A program made the position numbers and the translations under genes. A stretch of 64,000 nt of DNA from an uncultured delta proteobacterium (lineage in GTDB: Bacteria > Desulfobacterota > WTBG01). The notes under the pieces were generated by a model that worked only from the letters and a program-made list of their open reading frames with translations, ran no database searches and was not told where the DNA came from. The first letter of the stretch is position 1, and each line of letters opens with the position of its first letter. The stretch lies in NCBI GenBank assembly GCA_963793865.1, contig CAWCBP010000006.1, forward strand, positions 32,001-96,000, written 5' to 3'. Shown piece after piece: positions 10,580 through 22,343 of this stretch.

Positions 10580-13056
10580 ATGAGACAAAAAAGTGTAAAG
10601 TGGTTGCAAACGATGCTCATGGCGGCCGCCTATCTGCTCGGCCCGCTGGTTGCATGGGCGAGCGAGGCGGATCTTGCCATACCTGACCTGCACAAGGGCG
10701 CCCCCTATACCCTGCTGGGCGGCATCAAGCCGTGGGATCTGCTGTTCTACGGCGCGTGCATCATTGCCGGTACGCTCGGTATCAGTTTGTACCTGCGCAC
10801 CCAGATTAAAAAACTAAGGGCCCATGATTCAATGCTCAAGGTATCTGAAATCATCTACCAGACCTGCCGTACCTACCTCATTCAGCAGGGTAAATTTCTG
10901 GTCATGCTCTTTCTCTTCATTGCCGTCTCCATGGCCTTCTATTTTCTGGCTCTGAAGGGAGAGGGAGTTCCCACCCTGCTGCTGGTACTGCTGTTCTCGG
11001 TGGTCGGCATGGGCGGATCTTACACCGTTGCCTGGTATGGCATCCGGGTCAATACCTATGCCAATTCCCGCACTGCCTTCGCGTCACTTGCCGGGCAACC
11101 CTGGGACGTGGTGAACATTCCCCTGCGGGCGGGCATGAGCGTGGGACTTTTCCTTATATCCCTTGAGCTGGTGATGATGGTCATTATCCTGCTCTGGGTG
11201 CCGCGGGATATCGTGGGCTACTGCTTTCTCGGATTTGCCATCGGTGAGTCGCTGGGGGCATCGGCGCTGCGTATCGCCGGAGGCATATTCACCAAAATCG
11301 CGGATATAGGCTCCGACCTCATGAAAATCGTTTTCAATGTGAAGGAAGACGATCCCCGCAACCCCGGCGTTATCGCTGACTGTACCGGTGACAACGCGGG
11401 CGACAGTGTGGGTCCCACCGCGGATGGTTTTGAAACCTACGGGGTTACCGGCGTCGCGCTGATTACCTTCATAACCCTTGCGGTTGTAAGTACCGATAGC
11501 GGCATAAAAGAGGCCATCCAGGGAAAACTGATCGTGTGGATTTTTGCCATGCGTTTCCTGATGGACTTCTGCTCGGGGCTTGCCTATTTTGCCAATCAGG
11601 CTATTTCATCGGCCAAATACAGCGGGAAGAAAGAGATCGATTTTGAGGAGCCTCTGATGCGGCTGATCTGGATTGCAGCCACCCTGTGCATCAGCACCTC
11701 GTTTTTGATGAGCTACCTTCTGATCAGTGATCTCGTGGTTTTAAAAGACGGCGTGCCTACTGCAATGACTCACGTGTGGTGGCAGCTGGCCATGATCATC
11801 AGCTGCGGCACGCTCGCGGCGGTGCTTATCCCTGAGTTCACCAAAATATTCACCAGCGCCAAGTCCAAGCATGTTCAGGAAATTGTGACCGCGTCGCGAG
11901 AGGGCGGGGCATCACTTACTATATTATCCGGCATCGTGGCAGGCAATTTCAGCGCTTTTTACAAGGGCATCCTGATCGCCGGCCTGATGGGTATCGGTTA
12001 CTTTACCAGCCTTTATATACCGTGGGAGGTGATCAATTATCCGTCCATCTTCGCCTTCGGGCTGGTCGCCTACGGCTTTCTCTGCATGGGCCCGGTCACC
12101 ATCGCGGTGGACAGCTACGGCCCGGTCACCGACAACGCCCAGTCCATATTCGAGCTTTCACAGATCGAAAGCATTCCCGGCATCAAGGGAGAGATTCAAA
12201 GAGATTTCGGCTTCGATCCCGACTTCGAGCAAGGCAAGCATTACCTCGAGGCCAACGACTCGGCAGGGAACACCTTCAAGGCCACAGCCAAACCGGTGCT
12301 CATCGGCACCGCTGTCTGCGGGGCCACTACCATGATCTTCTCCATCATCCTGCTGCTCGCAGAGCAAGAACATGCTGCAGGTTCAGCTTACCGATGCCCC
12401 GATCATTCTCGGCTTGATTTGCGGCGGTGCCGTTATCTACTGGTTCTGCGGCGCCTCGATGCAGGCGGTTACCACCGGCGCCTACCGGGCGGTCGAGTTT
12501 ATCAAAAAGAACATGGACCTGGACAAGAAAGAGGCCGATATCGAGGATTCAAAAACGGTGGTCAAGATCTGCACCCAGTATGCCCAGACCGGCATGTGGA
12601 ACATCTTCATCGCGCTCATGTCCATCACGCTGGCCTTTGCGCTTCTTAATCCCAACTTCTTCGTGGCCTACCTGATTTCCATTGCCTGCTTTGGCCTCTT
12701 CCAGGCGATCTACATGGCCAATACCGGCGGTGCGTGGGACAATGCCAAGAAGGTTGTTGAGGTGGACCTCAGGGAGAAGGGAACTGCCCTTCATGCCGCA
12801 ACCGTCATCGGCGACACCGTGGGCGACCCCTTCAAGGACACATCATCGGTGTCCTTGAACCCCATCATCAAGTTCTCAACGCTGTTCGGCCTGCTGGCCA
12901 CCGAAATCGCCATTGAGATGTCGGTGCATGCCAGTGAAACCCAATCCACCAACTATGCCCCTTATTTTGCGGTTCCGCTCTTTATCGATCGGCCTCGTCT
13001 TCGTGTGGCGCTCCTTCTACGCGATGCGGATACCCAGGGAAGCAACAGCAAAGTAA
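10580..13056 (+). CDS. hppA: Membrane-bound ion-translocating pyrophosphatase, broken by two +1 indels (~12358, ~12987)
   Basis: GGIFTKIADIGSDL..KEDDPRNP..DNAGD, DSYGPVTDNA, GGAWDNAKK, GDTVGDPFKDT; rejoined frames end VWRSFYAMRIPREATAK*. Confidence 0.9.
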
Positions 13057-13095
13057 GTATCCATTAACAGCCCTGGTTGCAGGGTATAAAAATAA

Positions 13096-13131
13096 AAGCC
13101 CCCTCATGCGAGACCGTATGAGGGGGCTTCT
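13096..13131. terminator. Hairpin between convergent genes (likely bidirectional terminator)
   Basis: aagccccctcat...atgagggggctt flanked by A/T runs. Confidence 0.75.
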
Positions 13132-13179
13132 GCGTTACGCAGTCAGCGTGATCAGACTGGTGATACTGCCGGGCCGTAG

Positions 13180-13361
13180 TCATGTACCCAGCACTGCGTT
13201 TATCCGCTCCAGCAGGGATTCAATCTGCTTTGCCGATTGTTTTAAAATATCCTTGAAATCATGGGTCCTGCAGTGATGTATCTGGACCCCTATGACACCG
13301 TGTTCCTTTCCAATAGTGCTTTCAGTAGTGATAAATCTTCTTTTGAGAGCTCCAGATTCAT
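13180..13361 (-). CDS. Small (~60 aa) helical hypothetical protein with one frameshift
   Basis: AGGAGG RBS; MNLELSKEDLSLLKALLE / EHGVIGVQIHHCRTHDFKDILKQSAKQIESLLERINAVLGT*; span is 182 nt, one short of a codon multiple. Confidence 0.6.
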
Positions 13362-13478
13362 AAGCCCCTCCTTTCCCTGGTTTTGCGTTGCGGTTTTTTT
13401 AACTTCAACAGGTAATAACCTTTAAGATCAGGGGACTCACAATCGGACGCCAGGCGCCTTTTAGCTGCTCACATATAG

Positions 13479-13508
13479 AGTATAGGTAGATAGGGAGTGG
13501 TTTGTCAA
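13479..13508 (-). promoter_or_regulatory. Sigma70-like promoter for the small gene
   Basis: TTGACA-N18-TATACT on minus strand. Confidence 0.55.
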
Positions 13509-13525
13509 CCGGAAATACGCACTTT

Positions 13526-16344
13526 TCAAACAGCGGCGGTAACCATCCTGGCCGCCCTGCTGCGGATGTAGACCTTGGTGATTTCCGCGGCAATTGGCGC
13601 AAACAGAATAAATGGAAGCATGACCAGCCAGTCGGTCAGGCCGGGGGCGACCGTGCTGGTGAAAGGTTGCAGAAAGGGAACATATGGCACTGAGCAGGAC
13701 AGCAGAGCCGAACGATGAAACAGTCGCCAGCACCATCCAGCGGTTGGAGAAATCGCCGATGGAGAAGAGGATTCCTGTTCTGAGCGGGAGGTAAAGGCCC
13801 GCAGCAGTTCGGACATGCCAGTGTGATAAAGGCCATGGTTTGGGCCGCCATCACATTGCCGGGAAAGGAGCGGGAAAAAGTGCGATTGCAGAACTACGAA
13901 AGGATGGCAATTGTCTGCCGCGGCAAGATGCTGATCTGAAACATGTTCCTGTTGATCACCGGTTCCCGGGGGGAGCGGGGCGGACGCTTCATGATCTCCG
14001 GCTCGCCCTGTTCCATTCCCAGTGCGAGCGCCGGCGCGCCATCGGTTACCAGGTTGAGTATGAGGAGCTGCATGGGCAGCAGAGGAATGGGAACCCGGAG
14101 AGCATGGAGATGAAGATGATCAGGATCTCGCCAATATTGCAGGCAGACAGGAAAAATACAAATTTGCGGATGTTGGAGTAGATGATGCGGCCCTCTTCGA
14201 CCGCCGCGACGATGCTGGTGTAATTATCATCTGTAAGCACGACGTCGGCCGTTTCCTTGGAGACATCGGTCCCGGTGATGCCCATGGCAACCCCGATGTT
14301 GGCCCGTTTGAGCGCCGGGGCGTCATTGACCCCGTCGCCGGTCATGGCCACCACATGGCCTCTCGCCTTTAACGCATCCACGATCTTGGTTTTATGCTGG
14401 GGTGAGACGCGGCAGCAGACATCCACCGTGTCCACGATCTGAGCCAGATCCTCTTCGCTCATGGCATCCAGCTCACTGCCGCTCAGCACCCGGCCTCCGG
14501 GCTCCATGATGCCGATCTCCCTGGCGATGGCCTCCGCGGTGTCCTTGTAGTCGCCGGTGACCATGATGCTCCTCAGCCCGGCGCCGTGCGCCGCTTGTAC
14601 CGCCTCTTTTACCTCGGGACGCGCGGGATCAATCATGCCCATTAACCCGACGAAGGTGAGGTCCCGCTCCACCGTTGCGGAATTACAATCCTGAGGAATT
14701 TCTTCCATGGGACGGTATGCCACCCCTAACACCCTCAGGGCCTGCCGGGCCATGTCCTGATTCACCGAAAGCACCTCCTGCTTTGCCGCTTCCGAGATGG
14801 GAACCGCGTTGCCGTCCATGACGATATGACTGCAAAGATTGAGCAGGATGTCGGGAGCCCCTTTCAGAAAAGCGACTGTCGGGGGACATGCAAAGGGGAG
14901 TTGAGCTCCCGCCGCCTGTTTTTGGTGGATGGTGGTCATCCGCTTCCGCTCCGAATCAAAGGGTATTTCCATCACGCGGGGCATCGCTTGTTCCGGTCTC
15001 ATCGCGGCTGAGGCCGGCCTTGGCCGCGGCCACGATCATGGCGCCCTCGGTGGGGTCACCGATGATCTGCCAGGACTTCTCCCCTTTCTCTTCCTTTTTC
15101 TGCGCCAGCCGGGCATCATTGCAGAGCATGGCCGAGTGCAGGAGCAGGGATGCCTGGACATCTTTATTGGGGTCCACAGGCTGCCCGTCAATGAAAAACC
15201 GGCCTGCGGGGTTGTACCCTTCTCCGGTGATTTTGAAATGGGTGCCTCCGGTCCAGGCCCGGACGACGGTCATTTCGTTTTGCGTCAGGGTGCCGGTCTT
15301 ATCGGAGCAGATCACCGTGGCGCATCCCAGGGTTTCAACTGCCGGGAGCTTGCGAATCAGGGCGTGCCGCTTGATCATGCGCTGCATCCCCAGGGCCAGG
15401 CAGATGGTGACAATGGCCGGGAGCCCCTCGGGCACGGCGGCAATGGCCAGGCTTACCGCGGTCATGAACAGCTCCACGATGTCTTTCTTTTCGCCGCTCA
15501 GGTAGGCCATGAGTCCATTTTGAAAAATAATTCCCAAATGGGTATCGCGTATCAGCCCGTACATAAATATAAAGCCGCATATGGAGAGGCAGATGATGCC
15601 CAGCACCTTGCCCAGCTGGTCCAGCTTCTGCTGAAGCGGCGTCGCTTCATCTTCATACGATTGCAGCATCTCCGCGATGAGGCCGATCTGGGTATGCATG
15701 CCGGTGGCGGTAACCAGGCCCCGGCCCCGGCCATAGGTGACCATGGTGGACATGAAGGCGGAATTTTTCCGGTCGCCAAGGGGTATCTCCTTGTCCAGGA
15801 CCGCTGATGCCTTTTTCTCCACCGGCACGGACTCCCCGGTCAGGGAGGCCTCCTCCACCTGCAGGTTCACGCTCTCGATCAGCCGCATGTCGGCGGGGAT
15901 GTAATTTCCCGCCTCGATGGTCACAACATCCCCCACAACCAGCTCCCGTGAGGGAATGGTGACCTGTTCCCCGTCACGGATCGCCTGCGCGTTGGGTGAG
16001 GCCATTTTCTTAAGCGCAGCCAGGGCTGCCTCGGCTTTCGATTCCTGGACGACCCCGACGATGGCGTTCAGCACCACGATGATCAGAATGGCAACGGCGT
16101 CAACCACCTCCCCCAGCAGCAGTGAAACCACCGCGGCAATGATGAGAACAATGACCAGAAAGTTGTTGAACTGGTTAAGGAGCAGGGCCAGAAATCCCGG
16201 GCGCGGTTTTTCCATCAGCTCGTTAGGACCGTATTTTTCCAGCCGGGCCCCGGCTTCCTCCCGGCTTAAGCCCTTTTCGAGATGGGTTTGCAGCTGCTGC
16301 GATACATCCTCAATACACAAACAATGCGTTTCCTGCGTATGCAT
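13526..16344 (-). pseudogene. P2A-type (Ca2+-like) cation-transporting P-type ATPase, split by several frameshifts (pseudogene or sequencing error)
   Basis: LTGES, AVPEGLP, CSDKTGTLT, GDPTE, KGAP, TGD, GDGVNDAPALK spread over consecutive frames (breaks ~15000, ~14090, several in 13.65-13.95 kb). Confidence 0.85.
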
Positions 16345-16362
16345 GAGTACTCCCCCTTGTGA

Positions 16363-17430
16363 TTAATATGCTATGTGCTTCTGCGGCCAGCCTTCCGTGT
16401 ACACCGCCTGCCCGCCTTCCGTAATCATCAGCACCTCGATCCCCTTGATGCCGCGCACGACTTCCATCCCTTTTTCGGGCCCCAGCACGAATAATGGCGT
16501 GTCCAGCAGATCGCTGGTAGCGCCGTCGGGCGCGATAACGCTCACTGTCTGAAGGTGGGATACCGGAAGACCGTTGCGGGGATCGATGATGTGTGCCCGG
16601 CGCTTACCATTTTTAAGGTAGAAGTTTTCATAGTCGCCGGAGGTGGAAATGGAGCAGTCTTTGAGGGCTACGGCGGTCAACAGCCTGCCCGGGTCACGGG
16701 GATGCTGCACGCCCACCTGCCAGGGCGAGCCGTCCGGCCTGGCCCCCAGCGCGCATACCGTTCCGCCGGCTATGACCAGGGCGTTTTTAATGCGGCGCTT
16801 TTTCAGCAGCGCAACCGCCCTGTCAGCCACGTATCCTTTTGAAAAAGAGCCGACATCAATCCACATCCCCTGCCTTGCAAGGCGGGCCGTGCGCCTGGCC
16901 GTTCCCATCCATGACCTTCGCCGGGAAAGCTCCAGGGCATGGTAATCAACCAGCGCCCGTGCCTGCGCCAGCGAGGCGGGATCCGGATCATCGCCGTCAA
17001 GCCCCACATCATCTTTCCCGAATCCCCACAGGCGGAGCAGCGGCCCGATGGTGATATCAAGCGCCCCGCCGGTTATCTCTCCGTACTTCACGGCAAGGGC
17101 GAGCGCCTCCATGGTCTCCTCGCCGATCCTGACCGGCCCATCTCCCGCCTGCCGGTTGATGGCGGAGACTTCGCTCTGCGGATCGTAATTGTTGAGGAGG
17201 CTGTTGACGCGCTCCATCTCGGCAAAGGCCTCCTCAATGGCCTGTTCGGCGCCCGCGCCCCATGCCTTTATTTCCACCAGGGTATGGAGCATGGGCCGGG
17301 AACGGACAACCAGCTCATTCGTTTCCGCAAAAGCGGAGAGACAGCAAAGACAGCTGAGCGGAATGCTTATCAGCAGGGAGATGATTTTTTTAACCGGTAT
17401 CACCTCCGGGCGGAAAGAGGAACATTTCAT
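16363..17430 (-). CDS. apbE: FAD:protein FMN transferase
   Basis: SEVSAIN, LDITIGPL..LWGF, DVGSFSKGY, STSGDYENF, HIIDPRNG; signal peptide; ATG overlaps upstream TGA. Confidence 0.9.
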   Translation of the reverse strand: MKCSSFRPEVIPVKKIISLLISIPLSCLCCLSAFAETNELVVRSRPMLHTLVEIKAWGAGAEQAIEEAFAEMERVNSLLNNYDPQSEVSAINRQAGDGPVRIGEETMEALALAVKYGEITGGALDITIGPLLRLWGFGKDDVGLDGDDPDPASLAQARALVDYHALELSRRRSWMGTARRTARLARQGMWIDVGSFSKGYVADRAVALLKKRRIKNALVIAGGTVCALGARPDGSPWQVGVQHPRDPGRLLTAVALKDCSISTSGDYENFYLKNGKRRAHIIDPRNGLPVSHLQTVSVIAPDGATSDLLDTPLFVLGPEKGMEVVRGIKGIEVLMITEGGQAVYTEGWPQKHIAY

Positions 17431-19030
17431 GTCCTGTTCTCCCATCCGGACGGCCCTCTGAAATATCGCTGGACGAGATCGTACTCCAGGGTGGGGTAGT
17501 GCTTTTTAAGCAGCGCATTCAGCAGGATGAGATTCCTTTTCTTCTCATTGAGGGTTACATCGTTCTTCAGCATAAACGACTCCGGGTTGCTGAGGAAGAG
17601 GGACGGCTTGCCCTCTTTTTTCCACCACCGTAAAGGTGGATTCGGTCAGCGTGTCCGCGAATACGCCAAAGCGGTGGAGTTTTCTCAGCAGGTTCACCAG
17701 CAGCTCAAGCACTTCCCCGATTTCCTTTTTTCCCCGGGAGGGCAGGCAGAAATGGCCGAGCGACATTTCGCCGTCCCGGGGACGGTGGAAGAGGTATCCC
17801 CCCTCGTCATGCTTCTCCCGGTTTTCCAGGAAAACAGGGGGGAGGCTGACCGGAAAACCGGCAAGGGCGAGGGTGCAGATTCCGCTCCAGATGCGGCCCG
17901 CGGAAGGGCTGCCGCCGTGGACGGAGTATCGTACCGCGTTGAAGCGGTGGCGGCCGTCATTGCAGCTGAGATCCACCGCTATCTCTTCCCTTCTCTTTTA
18001 TCTCACGGAGGGGAAGATTCCCGGCCAGCAGATCGAACCGGCTGACCACGGCCAGGATGTCATCGACATCGTACCCCTTGCGGATGAATCCGGTAAGGGT
18101 GTCCCGGCTGATCCTGTCATAGAGGGCATCGGTGTACACGCTTGTTTTTCGCCCCCTTCCGTAATCCTGCAGCAGTATGGTCCGGGTTTGCTCCTGTATG
18201 GCGCGAGAGAGGGCTCGCAACTGCGGGCTGCGCGGTTCCGCTCCCGCGTAGGATTTAAGGAAGCGCATCCGGTCGGCAAGACTTACCTCCCGGCCTACGC
18301 GATTTAATTTGGCCAGGCAGGTTATCTCCTGGTCAATGGTGAGGGAGTGCCTGAGGGTGATTTTTTCAAAATCGCTGAGGTAGAGCCTTGCTTCGCCCCG
18401 GGCGTCCCGTTCGAGGAGAAAGTTATTCAGCGCAAAGTCGGATTGATGCACACCGGCCTCATTTGCCTTGCGCGCCAGCGCCCCCAGCGCTTTGATGATG
18501 TTCCGTTTTTCGGAAACCTTGAACGCCGGCGCGCCCGGCGCACACGTGACCAGAAAAAACCGGTTGAGGTCCTGGCAGTCTTTCATCTCTTCCAGTATGA
18601 CAAAGCTTTCCATCACCATGCCCCGCCGCTTCCGCACCCCGATGGCGAGGGGCACCGGTGTGGGAACACCTCTTTGACTCACCCCGCATGCGGCTTCCCA
18701 TTCCCGGCGGGCCTTCGACGGCCGAAAGAGTGAGATAAAACGATCAAGGAGGCGTCTGTTTTGGTAGCGTTTGATCAGGTAGTTCCGTTCATCCGGAGGC
18801 ATCGACAGGCGGTACCGCCATATGGATTTATAGGCTCCCTGCTTGAGCAGGGTGCCGTCGGCGGCAAAGCCGGGGGAGGAAACAAGGGGCAGCAGTGTTT
18901 CCTTGAGCGGTGCGGGCATGTCGTCGCTCACCAGCCACCGGACATCGTCGAGCTCAAATGTTGTGCAGCGTTTAACCGGCATACAAGTACCTTCAGGGCA
19001 CAAAACGGTAAGGAATGTTTCTCCTGCCAA
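17427..19030 (-). CDS. LPS kinase (InaA/WaaP-like) with second degenerate domain; two frameshifts (~17980, ~17615)
   Basis: YLIKRY, KARREW, HQSDFALNN, LSDFE; continues through ORF 17545-17976 and a third frame ending ...RYFRGPSGWENRT* at the apbE ATG. Confidence 0.7.
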
Positions 19031-19120
19031 TTTTCCCGCGCATTATTTTCAGCTGTGCTGTCGAACAGTCGAAAAGCGGCCGGATGGTATCGCGAATGAT
19101 TGCGGCGGGAAAGCTGGTGA

Positions 19121-19975
19121 TTAGCTCAAAACGCTTACGAAGTAATAAAAGAGATTTTTCAGATTGACGGGCTTGAGCGAAAGCGCGTGCTTAAGATAGT
19201 TGCGCCCTTCGGCTGTTTCCCCGCGCTTGAGCAGGTGCCTGCCAATGTAATGATAGCTGCTTGCCATCCGTTCACGGTAGAGTGGCGGCGGAATGGCATC
19301 CTGCAGGTATGGCTTCTCCAGCACCCGCAACCGATAGTACCGCCCAATCAGGCCATCGGTGCTGATTCCCTGCGGGTTGTCAAGGTATACGGTGAGCGGC
19401 TCATTGATGAAACCAATGGGATAGTGCAGCGCCAGCCTGAGCCACAAATCATATTCCTGGACCTGGAACAGTGATTCGTCAAAAAGTCCGACTTTTTGAA
19501 AGCACTCTCTTTTGATCATCGCCGAGGAGGTGCGGATGAAGTTTTCCTTGAAAAGGTCATTGAGAATCCAGCCGGATTTGCCGGGCCGGTTCTGTTTGCG
19601 GAAGGCCCCATCAGGGGTGAACGATGAGCAGCGGGTTGCCACCATGCCGTAGGAGGGATTTTCCCTGAAGCAGTCAATCTGCCGCTCGAGCTTGTCGGGG
19701 CGCCAGTAATCATCCGAGTCAAGGAAAGCGACATATGTTCCCCGCGCCTCCCTGATTCCTCTATTCCGTGTTGCCGGAATGCCGCGGTTTGCCTGATAAA
19801 AGTATCTGACCTGATTCTGATAGGGTATCAGCACATCCCTGGTGTCGTCGGTTGAACCGTCGTCAACCACAATAATTTCATGATCCTTGCAGGTTTGTGC
19901 CAGCACTGAATCTATGGCAATGGTGATATGATTTCTTCGATTGAATGTGGGAATGACAACGCTGACCATGCTCAT
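19121..19975 (-). CDS. GT2 family glycosyltransferase
   Basis: VSVVIPTFNR, VVDDGSTD, AFLDSDD, EYDLWLR. Confidence 0.92.
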   Translation of the reverse strand: MSMVSVVIPTFNRRNHITIAIDSVLAQTCKDHEIIVVDDGSTDDTRDVLIPYQNQVRYFYQANRGIPATRNRGIREARGTYVAFLDSDDYWRPDKLERQIDCFRENPSYGMVATRCSSFTPDGAFRKQNRPGKSGWILNDLFKENFIRTSSAMIKRECFQKVGLFDESLFQVQEYDLWLRLALHYPIGFINEPLTVYLDNPQGISTDGLIGRYYRLRVLEKPYLQDAIPPPLYRERMASSYHYIGRHLLKRGETAEGRNYLKHALSLKPVNLKNLFYYFVSVLS

Positions 19976-20124
19976 CTGAGGAGGACCTTTCAGGTACAGT
20001 CAATTGGGTTATTCACTGATAATAATATTGGGAAATGCTGGCATGTCGGTTTTCAAATTTGTCCTGTTCCCCTCACTTCGTGTTACAACCTGGTCCTGTA
20101 TCGTGCATCCTGCATCCTGTCCTT

Positions 20125-21271
20125 TCACAGCACACTGTCATAGTGCTCCTCGAGCCGTGCCGCCTGCAGCTCGATGTTGAAGTTCCTCTCAATGTGGTTC
20201 CGTCCGGCACGCCCCATGGATTCCCAGAGATCGGGATAGGCGATGAGATATTCCAGCCGTTCAGCGAGCGCATCGACATCCTTCTCCGGGACCAGGAATC
20301 CGCTTGCCCCGTCAACCACCACCTCCGGTATGTCGCAGTGGAAGGTGGAGACAATGGGCATGCCGTAGGCGGACATTTCTATAAGGGCCACCGGGGCGCC
20401 GCCTTCCGTCTCCCCGTCGGAAGGGTGAATGCTGGGGGAGAGAAAAATGTGATTGTTCTGGGCCTCCCGGATGAACGCGGGATAGGGGAGGAACCCCAGG
20501 TAGTTGACCCGGGCGGCGATGTTGCGGGCCCCGATAAGTGAAAGAATCTCCTTTTTATAGTCTACTTCCCGCTGACTGCGCCCCGCGTCGCCGACAAGTG
20601 TAAGCTCGAGGTTTTTATGACGGGAGGCAACCCGGGCGAATGCCTCCAGCGCGTAAGTGATTCCTTTCTTTTCCCGAAACGTGCCCGCAACCAGGATCTT
20701 GATCTTGTGACCACCGTCCGGTTTGCGGGGGATAAAAGGTATGCTGTTCAGGTTGACCCCGAGATGCTGCACCTTCACTTTTTGCTCCGGGCAGCCCAGC
20801 TCCAGCAGGGTTTTTTTCATGTAATTTCCCTCTGCCAGCACAAGGTCGCCATCGGCAAAAAGCTGCTTCAATCTCCCTTGCCAGCGCTCCTCCCGGGGAA
20901 GCAGCGAAACATCATGGCCGTAAAATGTGGTGACCAGGGGGATGTCAAGCTTTTGCTTGAGGGGGAGATCAAAGTAGCCGCGATTCCCAAAGTGAGAGTG
21001 GATGAGGGCAGCCCCCTTCTTCCGAAGAACCCTGCCGAAAAAGGGATAGGATGATCCGGTAAGCTTAACATACTGCTGCTGCGCAAAGACGATTGAGTGG
21101 GTTAAGGTCCGAAAGGGAGTATATTTCAGCAACGGGGAAAATGTCGAGATTACTTTTTTTGTCGGTAATGACCAGGGGATGAAATCGCTTAAGGTGACTT
21201 ATCTGAGCGTAGATCCAGCTTCCCGTGCGAAACAGGTAGGATTTTATCGAATGGGCCACTACGTTGGACAT
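20125..21271 (-). CDS. GT4 glycosyltransferase (WcaL-like), one frameshift near 21090
   Basis: N-part MSNVVAH...SWIYAQI joins HSHFG, TTFYGHD, EKKG, ETEGGAPVALIEMSA. Confidence 0.85.
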
Positions 21272-21398
21272 CAGCGCAACTCTTTTAATAATGCCCTGTT
21301 TCTGCTCAATTTATTAAGAGGTTCGGGCCGCCTCTGTGTGATGTGAAAAGAGCAATCGGCGTTTGTGCCCGTCCAAAAAAACACTTGAAATTAAAGGG

Positions 21399-21427
21399 TA
21401 TATAGCTGCTATTGCGGTAATTGTCAA
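21399..21427 (-). promoter_or_regulatory. Sigma70-like promoter for the GT4-GT2-kinase-apbE-ATPase run
   Basis: TTGACA-N17-TATATA on minus strand. Confidence 0.55.
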
Positions 21428-21716
21428 TCGTTGTTTTTTGCTCACCCGTCACAATGATGCGGAGAGCGGATGATGATTGACGGGGGCACTGCTTATGCTT
21501 CACTGCAGTGCACACGGCGTTCCGCGGCATGAGCATCCCTTCCGGGTTGTTCCGTCACAACCTGTGCCCCGCAGGGGCAGACAGATTCGCATTGCTATTT
21601 GCATTCATTGGTGTTACCCTGTCACCGCTTTTGCACGGATGTTGCGGACTGCACAGTAACCATCAATGACTGTGCCCTGCAACGCTGCTTGCCGACTTAT
21701 CCGAACCTCCTTAATC

Positions 21717-22343
21717 ATGCTGTCCAAGAGAAAGATTAAAAAATTTTTCAGAATATTCTTCCCCAGGCAGGTCAAAGTGGAATTTCCTGTAGCCATGTTT
21801 GCAGCATATGTTGGCCGGCAATGGGATTTGCCTGAGGGTTACACCATCGTCTCGCCGGGTCGGGAAACGGACCTTAATGAGTGGAGCGATCTTTTGAATC
21901 GTGATAAGGAGTTCGGTGTCTGGACACCGGAACGGGTGAAAAAGGCCCTGGTAGATCAGATGATCGCGCCGGATGCGGGGTCGCTGCTGTACTATAAGGG
22001 TCGCCTGGTGGGATGCAGCACCACGTCTGACAAGTCCAGGGCGGGAAAAAAAATAGGGATCGGGTTGTGGCTTGTGCTTGATTCTTCCCACCGCGGGAAA
22101 AAAGGATTGGCCTCTGCGCTTACCTTCCGAACCCTGGCTTTTTTTGCGGCAGCCGGTTATGACAGGGTGTATGCCTATACCGATGAGACCCGCCTGTCGG
22201 CATTATACCTCTACCTGAAACACGGAGCGGTGCCCGCGCATGATTCCATCTCCAGCTATTTTAAGTGGCGCAGAATTTTTAAGCGCCTGAAACCGCTCAT
22301 GGAGCGGGCGGAAAAACGAAGCAGAGCCCATAACGCCTTATGA
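21717..22343 (+). CDS. GNAT-like acetyltransferase
   Basis: LVLDSSHRGKKGLASAL motif A; ALYLYLKHG motif B; start uncertain. Confidence 0.65.
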   Translation: MLSKRKIKKFFRIFFPRQVKVEFPVAMFAAYVGRQWDLPEGYTIVSPGRETDLNEWSDLLNRDKEFGVWTPERVKKALVDQMIAPDAGSLLYYKGRLVGCSTTSDKSRAGKKIGIGLWLVLDSSHRGKKGLASALTFRTLAFFAAAGYDRVYAYTDETRLSALYLYLKHGAVPAHDSISSYFKWRRIFKRLKPLMERAEKRSRAHNAL

